Below, piece after piece: positions 43,967-53,835 of a stretch of DNA of 64,000 bases (within the stretch, counting starts at the first letter, position 1; each line of letters starts with the position of its first letter). The stretch is from Daphnia carinata (taxonomy: Eukaryota). The translations under genes were made by a program, and so were the position numbers. Below the pieces are notes generated by a model. The model was given only the letters and a program-made list of their open reading frames with translations. It made no database searches and was not told the DNA's origin. The DNA is taken from the NCBI RefSeq assembly GCF_022539665.2, contig NC_081333.1, forward strand, positions 11,346,001-11,410,000, in the 5' to 3' direction.

Positions 43967-45420
43967 ATGGATAAGATAATAAAACAAAAAAAATGGTAAG
44001 TATAAACATTATTATATTGGTTTTCAATTATTAATTATTGTTTATTAGATCAAATTATGAAGCTGCAGGCCCAGTTATTGGAACAACACAAAATATTAGA
44101 TAACAAAGCTAAGGATCGTAGGCCTAACACGTAATGATTCTATTTATTTGCTTTTATTCATTCGTGTTTTGTAGCTCAAATTTTGAGTCTTCAAGCTCAG
44201 CTAGGGGAAAAGAACAAATTGGAACGGAACAGTTTCCAAACAGTGAAGGAGGTTTTTCAAAACTCATCTGTAACTGAACGTGAGGATGAGTTGGCATTAG
44301 GCGAACACAGCCAGGTACCTAAAGTTTTCAAATAAGAATTCAAAATAAGTATAGAATTTTAAAAAACAGTTATTTATTGCTTAGTTATTCAGTCCACCAC
44401 ATGACAGTGTGTTAAATTTAAATTCTGTTAGTGCTGCACTAAAGGAATCGTTAGTAATAAGCTCATGCAGTGAAGGAACTGAACAATTGTGGGAACGTAT
44501 TTGGGCCGAAAATGGGTGTGGTACAGAAACCCAGAAATGGCACGAGTTCAACATGAAACATGGATTAGGTACTTTTCAGTTTTTTGTCTATCGAAAAAGT
44601 ATTTTTAATGCTATTATTTTGCATTCACAGATTTTAACGGGGGATCAAATCAAGTCTGGAAGTGTTACAGGATGGAAGAGTGAGCCTACAGATGAAAAAA
44701 CACTGAGAGTGCATTACCGTAAGGTGTGAGGTAAATTAATAGAGTAATGCAAATTGCCTAATGAGAAGTACCATATAGTGTTAATGAATCCAGTACAACA
44801 GCAATCCTTTATAGTTCTGTCACAGCTAGAAGCCTCAAATAATTCTGCTTCTCTGTCTAAAGAACAACTTGTCCTTTACGTTCAGAGTGTTGGGGAAACT
44901 GGGTACTTAAATGGCCCTAAAGATGTTTTAATTTTGCTGCTATTGCAGAGATGAACATCATACATGGACTCTTTAGGTATGAAAGGATTTTTCTTCAAAT
45001 AATTTTGAATTCATGACGAAGAATTTCTCCTCCTTTTTGCCAACCAGGTCTTATCTACCAAAAAAAATTTTATCCAATAGGAAAGGATTTTCAAGTACTG
45101 GGAACACAACTATCAACAATGCAACATTCTACAGGTGCTAGTTTATCATTCAAGAGCCTTATACAATGAAGTTAATCTGCAATTTGTATGTCCTTTCCCA
45201 AGCTTCCACCAGAAGTTGAATCTATGAGTCATGTAAGTTCCATGATCAACAATTGATGTGTTTAACGGTGTTGTTTTTCTTTTCTCAATATAGGTTAATA
45301 GTAACATTGGATCTGAAAAGATTCTTGGTTGGGGCAAGACACTGAATAAATTGTATTGATTGGATGGATGACATGACATTGCTATACTTAATTCGGATTC
45401 CCCAGACGGTATTTGATATT
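43967..45420 (+). pseudogene. Decayed ~8-exon gene of unknown function (left-arm copy), coiled-coil-like N-terminus
   Basis: Short GT-AG introns separate MDKIIKQK / QIMKLQAQLLEQHKILDNKAKD / AQILSLQAQLGEKNKLERNSFQTVKEVF...ELALGEHSQ / LFSPPHDSVLNLNSVSAALKESLVISSCSEGTEQLWERIWAENGCGTETQKWHEFNMKHGL and further decayed exons. Exon 1 is 29 nt versus 28 nt in the other copy (frameshift), and stops occur downstream. Confidence 0.65.
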
Positions 45421-45493
45421 AAAAAAATTGAAGTGCATATCTGGGCTCCCTTCTTTTCTGAAGCCCCGTTTCCCCTTGACTCATAATAAGCCC

Positions 45494-45807
45494 GTAGGGG
45501 GGTCATGCCCCTACTGTACGGTATATATAAAAACAACATATACCGAGGTTTGGAGGGCTCTGGCCGGAAAGGGGACGTGGGGTGCCGCTTCGTCCGATGA
45601 TGTGTTCACGGAGGGTGACGTGGCTGCCCACAAATCCGAACTAAAGGTTAATCGCTCCTGTAAAAATGTTCCAAATCTTCAGCTCTTCTTCCGGCTTCTC
45701 TTAGCCAATCACCGGGTAATCTCCCCGGTGGGTCAACAAGGCAGTGTCTCCCCCTGCCTGGGTTGACGGCAACTTTTGAAAGGGCTATTGTGCCTTTTTA
45801 AAGTTGC
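45494..45807 (+). other. GC-rich multi-hairpin block (candidate structured RNA or cis-acting DNA element), left copy
   Basis: Stem-loops at 45494-45514, 45519-45545, 45573-45595, 45710-45730, 45732-45767 and 45769-45807. Confidence 0.55.
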
Positions 45808-46014
45808 AAAAATAATTGTAATGTGCAGAGAATTGTCAATAAAATATTTTTTCTAAAATATTTTTTGCAAAATTCGTTTCTTTCATTGTCTGTGTTAGCT
45901 TTGTTCACACATTGCATTTATCAATTTTTTTTTTTGGCTTTACTTTATTTGTTTTTGTCACATTTGATGGTAAGGTGACGGGTATTGGTTTATCGTTTAT
46001 CTGTAAGCATTCTA

Positions 46015-46085
46015 TTAATATCCAGGGATCGAACCCTGGATGTTCGGCATACCTCGCCGATGCTCTACCAATGAGCCACGAATCA
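46015..46085 (-). pseudogene. tRNA-like unit 1 (A-box and B-box, D/anticodon/T arms, no acceptor stem)
   Basis: Minus strand: tgGCTCattggtaGAGC a TCGGC gaggtat GCCGA ac ATCCAGGG ttcgat CCCTGGAT. Confidence 0.65.
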
Positions 46086-46202
46086 TATGATTTTAAGTTG
46101 GCTTTTTTTTCTAGTCACTTGTGGACTTGCATTTACACTTAGAATAAAACTGAAATGCAATTCTGCAATATACTCTTCTACATTATTCTACTTCATTTAT
46201 AC

Positions 46203-46272
46203 ACATCTACTGAGGTTTGAACCCAGGGTAACAGGTATCGCAGATAAAAGCTCTACCACAGAGCTAAGAACC
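46203..46272 (-). pseudogene. tRNA-like unit 2 (degenerate)
   Basis: Minus strand: taGCTCtgtggtaGAGC ... CTGGG ttcaaac CTCAG. The anticodon arm is decayed and contains tgc. Confidence 0.55.
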
Positions 46273-46369
46273 TTATGGAAGCAATAGAAAGATAAACATA
46301 TAGTTGTGAAAGACTGCATAAACATCCTAGACGATAACATATGATATGCGATAATAAAATATTTAGATA

Positions 46370-46440
46370 TATCTCGTGGCTCAATGTTAGAGCATCGGCG
46401 TTGCACGCTGAATGTCTGGGGATCGGTTCCCATACGAGTA
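46370..46440 (+). pseudogene. tRNA-like unit 3, tRNA-Ala(TGC)-like, degenerate B-box
   Basis: ctcg tgGCTCaatgttaGAGC a TCGGC gtTGCac GCTGA atgtc TGGG gatcggtt CCCA ta cgag; partial acceptor pairing ctcg/cgag. Confidence 0.6.
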
Positions 46441-46737
46441 AAACAAAATACAAAATTACTTCATAAAATATCCAGAATATGTTCCTTGAATCTCAAGAGA
46501 GAGTCTCTCAAATTCAAAGAGTGTAATAAATAATACTTACAGATAAACGATAAACCAATGGAAACAATGCTTACCATCAAAGGTGACAAAAACAATAAAG
46601 GTGAATTAAGCAAGCTAAATATAAAAAGTGTAACGTGTGAACACAGCGAATACAGACAATGAAAGAAAGGAATTTTGCAAAAAATATTTTATAAAAAAAA
46701 TTTTATTGACAATTCTCTGCACATTACAATTATTTTT

Positions 46738-47050
46738 GCAACTTTAAAAAGGCACAATAGCCCTTTCAAAAGTTGCCGTCAACCCAGGCAGGGGGAGACA
46801 CTGCCTTGTTGACCCACCGGGGAGATTACCCGGTGATTGGCTAAGAGAAGCCGGAAGAAGAGCCGAAGATATGGAACATTTTTACTGGAGCGATTAACCT
46901 TTAGTTCGGATTTGTGGATAGCCACGTCGCCCTCCGTGAACACATCATCGGACTAAGCGGACCCCCACGTCCCCTTTCCGGCCAGAGCCCTCCAACCTCG
47001 GTATATGTTGTTTTTATATATACCGTACAGTAGGGGCATGACCCCCTACG
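46738..47050 (-). other. GC-rich multi-hairpin block, right copy
   Basis: Near-identical reverse complement of 45494-45807. Confidence 0.55.
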
Positions 47051-47124
47051 GGCTTATTACGAGTCAAGGGGAAACGGGGCTACGGAAAGGAAGGGAGCCC
47101 AGATATGCACTTCAATTTTTTAAA

Positions 47125-48574
47125 TATCAAATACCGTCTCGGGAATCCGAATGAAGTATAGAAATATCATGTCATCCAATCATTACAATTTATTCAGTGT
47201 CATGCCCCAACCAAGAATTTTTTCAGATCCAATGTTACTATTAACCTACACTGAGAAAAGAAAAACAACACCATTAAGCATCTCAATTGTTGCTCATGTG
47301 ACTTACATGACTCATAGATTCAACTTCTGGCAGAAGCTCGGGAAAGGCCATACAAATTGTAGATGAAAATCATTGTATAAGGCTCTTGAAGGATAAAATA
47401 ACACCCCTAGAATGTTGCATTGTTGATAGTTGTGTTCCCAGTATGCTGAAAATCCTTTCCTATTGGATAAATTTTTTTTTGTAGATTAGACATGGTTGGC
47501 AAAAAGGAGGAGAAAAGCTTCATCATAAATTCAAAAATTTTTCAAGAAAATTCCTTTCATACCTAAAGAGTCCATGTATGATGTTCATCGCTGCAATGCC
47601 AGTGAAGTGAAACATCTTTAGGGCCATTTAAGTACCCAGCTTCACCAACACTCTGAGTGTAAAGGACAAGTTGTTCTTTAGCAAGAGAAGCAGAATTATT
47701 TGAGGCTTCTAGCTATAACAGAACTATAAAGGATTGCTGTTACACAGGATTCATTCACACAAGATGGTACTTCTCATTAGACAATTTGCATACTCTATTA
47801 CTTTACCTCATACCTTAATGGTAATGCACTTTCAGTGTTTTTCAACTGTAGGCTCACTCTTCCATCCTGTAACACTTCTAGACTTGACTTGATCCCCCAC
47901 TAGAATTCTGTGAATGCAAAATAATAGCATTAAAAATACTGTTTCGATAGACAAAAAACCGAAAAGTACCTAATTCATGTTTTATGTTGAACTCATGCTA
48001 TTTCTGGGTTTCCGTACCACACCCATTTTCAGCCCAAATACGGTCCCACAATTGTTCAATTCCTTCGCTGCATGGACTTATTACTAACAATTCTTTTAGT
48101 GCAGCACTAACAGAATTTAACTTTAACACACTGTCAGGTGGTAGACTGAATAACTAAGCAATAAATAATTGTTTGTTAAAATTCTATACTTATTTTGAAT
48201 TCTTATTTGAAAAGTTTAGGTACCTGACTGTGTTCGCCTAATGCCAATTCATCCTCATGTTCAGTTAGGGATGAGTTTGGAAAAACCTCCTTCACTGTTT
48301 GGAAACTGTTCCATTCCAATTTGTTCTTTTCCCCTAGCTGAGCTTGTAGACTCAAAATTTGAGCTACAAAACACAAATGAATAAAAGCAAATAAATAGAA
48401 TCATTACGTATAAGCCCTTACCATCCTTAGCTTTGCTGTTATCTAATATTTTGTGTTGTTCCAATAATTGGGCCTGCAGCTTCATAATTTGAACTAAAAA
48501 ACAATAATTAATAATTGAAAACCAATATAATAATGTTTATACTTACCATCCTTTTGTTGTATTATCTTATCCAT
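47125..48574 (-). pseudogene. Decayed multi-exon gene, right-arm copy
   Basis: MDKIIQQKD|VQIMKLQAQLLEQHKILDNSKAKD|AQILSLQAQLGEKNKLEWNSFQ...GEHSQ|LFSLPPDSVLKL...ENGCGTETQK* splices in frame up to a premature TAG, which is TGG in the left copy. Confidence 0.65.
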
Positions 48575-48809
48575 TTTTCAATTGTTCCTCCAGCCACGAG
48601 TTATTCTCTCCATCCACGCTACTGAACTAACTGCGAATGGCATCCAATGGACTGAAATTGCCTACGCCAGTAATAACGAGTCTGAGCGGTAGATGGCTAC
48701 GTGTCGGAAAAAAAGAAAAAAGTGTGATTTTTTTTTTTTTTTTTGGCGAAATTTTTTTTTTTTTTTGTGTAAAACGGATTGCCATAAATAATTATGAAAA
48801 TGAAATTTA

Positions 48810-49545
48810 TTTTTTAATTGGCTTTATAGTTTTTGAGTTAACCTGAAAAAAACAGAAAAGACGGGCTTATTTTTCTCGGGCTTCAAAAGTCGGGCTTAAA
48901 ATTTCTATAGATTTTCCTATTAACAAATAATATCATTAAATCTAAATAACTATAGATGAATAAGATTCAAAATTTAACAAGGAACACGAAAGTGAGCTTT
49001 GTTTTTACGTAGAGATTATGGTTTGATAAAGAACTTTGATATACGCTAGCGCAGTAGCGTACTGGCGCGCTATAAGTTGTTCGATTCAGTGTATTGCAAC
49101 ATGCGATCACATTAGCATTCTAAATTTCAAATTTGGCTTAAAATGCATGATTTCAATGCAGAATAGAATGCTAATCACGAATATATAGCTTATTTCTTAA
49201 TTGGCCTTATAGTTTTTGAATTAAACGAAAAAAACAGAAGGCCGGACTTATATTGTCGGGCTTATAATTTTGTCCTAATGTAAAATAATATCATTAAATC
49301 TAGACAAATATATATGATTCTGATTCAAAATTAACCAACGAACACGAAAATGGAAGTTGTTTTTACGTAGAGTTTAAAGTTTTTGAGCAATCTAAAATAT
49401 AAAATTAGGTGCAAATTGAAACCATTACTAGCGCGCCAGTACGGTACAGCGCTAGCGTGACACATCAAACGTCTTTGATTATTCAAAAACTATAAACTCT
49501 ACGTAAAAACAAACTTCATTATTGTGTTCTTTGTTAAATTTTGAG
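48810..49545. repeat. Rearranged subterminal repeat cluster
   Basis: 48810-49020 is repeated directly at ~49190-49385. 49429-49545 is an inverted copy of ~48965-49072 and includes a third copy of the 28-bp terminal motif (49431-49458). Confidence 0.8.
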
Positions 49546-50160
49546 TCTGCTGTAGCTCAGCTAACAGCAGCTTTAAGATGCAAGTATTTGGAAACCTCGT
49601 TAATTACTTTTCTGATAAAGATAAATAAGATTTATAATTTCAAACAGTGGCTGTGACTACTGCGACTTTTCCAACTTTCACTTTTATTATCCAAGAAACT
49701 TGTCATACTGTCTTCTCAATTGCGTCCCAATTGCAAAAAACTTTGTCTAGCAACTGGACATTTTATTGTGACTAGACTAGTCATAACTATCAAATGCAGG
49801 AAAAGATTATGCTCTTTCTTATTACCATATTGCATCACAATTTTGAGTTCCACCATTGAATCATTGCCAAGTATAGCTACACACAATTGCTTTAACGGGA
49901 TTATATAGGTAGACAGCGTAGTTAACACAAGACTAGAATTACCTGTGACGGATTTCACTTCATCGGCCGTGACCTATGCTTACGGGCACGCACGATGGGG
50001 AATTCAATAAACTTGATGTTGAAACTAGGTAGCAATGCAATAGCTTTTGTTTTTATGGGGTTGATATTGTATATAAGATCCGAGTTTTCTGTTGACGAAA
50101 ACAGTCTGCGCCAAGTCCTTAGACAATTTCTCAACTCAAGTAACTCACCAGAACAAAAAC

Positions 50161-50842
50161 ATGTTCAGTTCAAAGGTAAATGAAATTATTTTTAAAGTAA
50201 CTTTTTCTTTCTTTTTCATGTTCACGTTCGTTTCGTAAGTTTACGTTATTCTTCGTTTTTTTACAGTCCATATTAATTGGAATCATGTTGATACACTGCA
50301 TGAATTGCACGTCTTCGACCACCACAGAACGCACCACCGACCGTAAGCAACTAGATCAAGAGAGTCAGGAGCAACGCCATCATCAAGGTGATACATATTA
50401 TTTGCATGAACGTAAAAGAGAGAAACACGATTTGGAGTGGATGTTCCGCTCCTCATTATTGCTGATATATTTCTTCAAGAACAACATAGTTTTTGAACTA
50501 GCATGGTACCACTCAGTTTGAAATTAATTTGATTTGGGCGATCAGGATACGGAATTATCGGGCATGGAGGGTATGTCGGTGGCTACGGCGGAGGCTATGG
50601 AGACGCGTACGGTGGACAGTACAACAATTATTATGGTATGCATACTTGAAAAATATAACAATTGATTTTACACAGAACACGTAAACTTTTTAGGGTACAA
50701 CGGTTACTATCCATTTCTCGGCTCCAACCTGCTTGCCCAATACGGTACCGGCTATGGTTCTGTTGGGTACGGCACGGGGCACTTCAATTATCCATTACCT
50801 TATTCCTATCCGTCTTACGGAACCTACGGCTACCACGGTTAG
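50161..50842 (+). CDS. Small secreted Gly/Tyr-rich protein (124 aa), cuticle/eggshell structural-type. Exons 50161-50175, 50267-50387, 50546-50635, 50694-50842
   Basis: Exons splice in frame (15+121+90+149 = 375 nt): MFSSKSILIGIMLIHCMNCTSSTTTERTTDRKQLDQESQEQRHHQGYGIIGHGGYVGGYGGGYGDAYGGQYNNYYGYNGYYPFLGSNLLAQYGTGYGSVGYGTGHFNYPLPYSYPSYGTYGYHG*. TATA-like tatataag at ~50070 and AATAAA at 50917. Confidence 0.85.
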
Positions 50843-51108
50843 ACCAATGGCTTAACAGATTAACATTATCGATAGACTATTACTTTTAGATTGAATCAAC
50901 AGTTCTATTTCGTGACAATAAATTCGATTTCAAGGCACGATTACCAATTTTTTCTTTTTTAATATCTGGGATTAAATGGGAACCATAAAAAACTGAGAAC
51001 GAAAGACGGTACTCTGACAGAGCCGGGAGAAAATAGTTACCTCAAGGTAGTACCTCCTGCAGTTGTAGGATTTTCTTTTTGTTTCTTTTGTACAACCATA
51101 AAAGCACA

Positions 51109-52342
51109 CTACCCAGTTTTGTGGTTCGCGTAGTACTGGTCGTGACGAGTTTTCAAATTTTCGATGATTCTGGACTCGATTTCAATGCCGCTTTCCACTT
51201 CGGAATTAGACAATCGTATTTCCTCTGCATTGGGGTTAATGCTATCCACTAGGACAACGTAAACCTTCCGACTATGCAAAAGGTTTCCAATCACAACCTG
51301 AAATGTTTAACGGAAAAACTGTTTATAACAGCTAATCTAAGGAATTTTGGTGACTTGTATGGAAATTGTATTACTATTCTTTTAATGTAGAGAAAGAGTC
51401 TTACATGATGATGGTACTTAAGTAGTGATTCTTTTGATTTCGTTTCCAAGAGGGTTTCATTGGTTTCCAGTTTGAATGAAATGATAAATGCATTTGGAGC
51501 CCATAGCGTAACTAATGGTGCTAGCATTTTGGGGACAAGTTGAAGAGAAAGACTAAGTGGACCACTTGAAGACTGAATCTTGTGGCATGGCATTTGAGAA
51601 GCAGGGATATAGAAATCTGAAACTGCAGCTGCTAAGTACAACAAAGCCAAGGGACCTAAAATATGCATTTCTTGAGCAGTGGCCTGTAATAGCCAGAGGT
51701 AATCTGACAAACTATTGAAAGAAATCATCAGTAAATTCTCCCTTTGACGTTGAAACTTCTGGGCTAATTTTCCCAATTCAGTTTGATGTTTTTCGCCAAC
51801 TGAAGGAAAAAGCCGTTAAATAATTTTCACTCGCTAGTTCATTCTGTCTAGCTCACCAGTGACACTGTCAGGTAAAACTTCTATCATATCAAAGATATTT
51901 TTTCCTACCAGATGGCGAAAATATGGCTCAAGGGATTTAGATCTATACAAGAATGTGATGTTGAAACCAAATTATCTGTTAACTAATTTCTTCCATTACT
52001 GTTACCTATGTAGGAAGATGACCTGATATCCAGCTTCTAGGAAATATTCTGCTGAGGCAGACCCTCTCGTTCCTGCACTGAAGTTGTCAATGAACCGGAC
52101 TGTGTTTTGCTCTAAAGGCACTGTAGTTCCACCCGACTATAGAAGATAGGTACCCAGTGAATCACATTTTAAAGATTTACAACAAATTTTAAACAGAACC
52201 TTACAGTGACCAAAGCTACACGATTTTTTTTCATAGCTGCTTGCTGACAAAAATCTTGAACCAACTTGATATTTTCATCAAAATGAGTAGGCTTTGGATT
52301 TTCCTCAAAGAATATCTTCCAGCTGGGATCTTCTTGGGCCAT
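51109..52342 (-). CDS. PPCS: Phosphopantothenate--cysteine ligase (CoA biosynthesis), 5 exons
   Basis: Hallmark motifs [75 protein letters not shown]. Exons ~52342-52205, 52136-52006, 51943-51858, 51799-51405, 51297-51109. Confidence 0.96.
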
Positions 52343-53835
52343 TTCAGTTCTAAGGTAGGCTATGTCACCTACCAACAACTTATGTAGAATATGTTTACTG
52401 TTTCCTTGACATACACAAAACTTTTCTTTACCTTTCTTAGCACTTATTCAACCACTGCTGCTGGAATAAATTTTAATGATCCTGCTTAAATCTATTCCAT
52501 GTACATTTGCCTGGGTTTCTTCACTTGTTCTTAGCTTGTTAACAGCTGGTGGCCAGCTTGTTGCATTTTCTTGTTCGTCTGCTAGTTTGACTTCGACACC
52601 TTGATAGTTGACTTGACTAGTAAAAACGAGTATGGCAGCAACTGCGCCTATTTTTTTGTCTACGTTCTAACTTTTGGGTCTGGGACGAAGATATCGTTTT
52701 TCTTCGCTCTATTATTTCGCCACCTATTAGGCTAATAAAATAATTAGATTTCACAACCGTATGTTTGTTTTTATGGAGCCTATGTTGGTTATCTTACCAG
52801 AGTATAACTGCGTAATATTCGTTAACATCCAGACCTTTCAGCTATCGTAATTGAAAATTATCTGCAGTCCAGAGAAATAGTATTATGCAGAGAGAATTTG
52901 AAACTTTACCTTATTGCTGTTATTGCCACATTTATAGGTAGTCCTAGGAAGGAAATAAGGATCTATCCATATGAGCCTCAAATGAAAATACAATTATAAG
53001 CCACAGGGTTAATTTATTATCACTATAATCTTGCAAAAAACTGGACATAAGATGACAGCATAAAACTAACTGAATGGATTTTCATTAATATGATATCTCG
53101 AGGTTAGCCATCGTGTTACCCTCTTTCTATAGCATTTTACATCGTCAACCCAACACCGTGCTTCAGAGTGTAAAATTTATCAAGAGAGCACGTTATGTAC
53201 ATTCTTATTCGGAGGAATTGCTACTAAAAAAATTGCGACAACGAAATTTTCATCTCATCAAAAGCGACTGAAAACGAATAGCTTGGAACGCAAGAAAACT
53301 GTCCGAATTGTGAACACATGTCAGATGTATAATTGTGCTCAAGTTTACCCCCAAAACCGCCAATTTCCTCCATTCCACGTATTCTTTAGACGTAAATCAG
53401 CGGATGAGAATCGCATTCTTTTTTTTTTTTTGTTTTTTTTTTTCAGGCGAACCATAAAAGTCACGAATTTGCCCTGTTTTCTAGTGATCATTGCTATATC
53501 AATTCGCGAGTAACATTGCGGGGCGTTTTTTAAAGATGGGATTTTAAGATTTTAAAACAGGTTAGTGAGAAGTAGTAAATCCAACTGCGAACGAAAGCGC
53601 TAACATAACTTCGGCGAAAGAAAGTGGCAGGAAACGGATTAATTTCAACATAAAAAAAAAAACAAGACGAAAAACAAAAAAACAAAAACAAAAATCGAAC
53701 AAACACAGATGCTCTGATTTCTTTTCCGTAACAAAAAAAACCCAAGTATTTCAAATTATGAGCTGGAATTCAACTGAAATTTCCCCGACATGTTGGATTT
53801 TACCACTGGACGGATCTTGGCATTCATCCTAAATT

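Larger units (their letters stand above)
43770..46010 (+). repeat. Left arm of the long inverted repeat
   Basis: Collinear with the reverse complement of 46531-48790 throughout, e.g. ttatggcaatccgttttaca, atgaagctgcaggccca, ggtttatcgtttatctgtaag. Confidence 0.95.
46531..48790 (-). repeat. Right arm of the long inverted repeat
   Basis: Reverse complement of the left arm with scattered substitutions and small indels. Confidence 0.95.
43507..49072. mobile_element. Palindromic (foldback-like) putative non-autonomous DNA element, ~5.6 kb
   Basis: Inverted repeats 43509-43536 (gcgcgccagtacgctacagcgctagcgt) and 49043-49070 match at 27/28, each abutted by TA. Long internal inverted arms ~43770-46010 and ~46531-48790 share the same centre (~46280). 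No transposase was recognised. Confidence 0.6.

Noticed and set aside
45560..45720. Hammerhead (CTGAAGA on the minus strand) or HDV-like ribozyme in the hairpin block
   Set aside because: There is no GAAA closing a stem II, the right copy has CCGAAGA, and no P1/P1.1 pairing could be built for an HDV fold.
45413..45766. 117-aa ORF with a CPYC motif over the hairpin block
   Set aside because: The mirrored copy has single-base indels that break this frame while leaving the hairpins intact.
45545..45810. Identification as 7SK, RNase P/MRP, U3, SRP or telomerase RNA
   Set aside because: The diagnostic motifs were not seen: no GATC pair, no P4 consensus, no box A/C/D set, no CCTAA-repeat template.
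46015..46440. Functional tRNA genes
   Set aside because: Acceptor stems are missing or partial, and the T-loop or anticodon loop is non-canonical, so they are reported as tRNA-like units.
43507..49072. Pokey/piggyBac element
   Set aside because: The candidate ends lack TTAA-CCC termini and no piggyBac transposase remnants were recognised.
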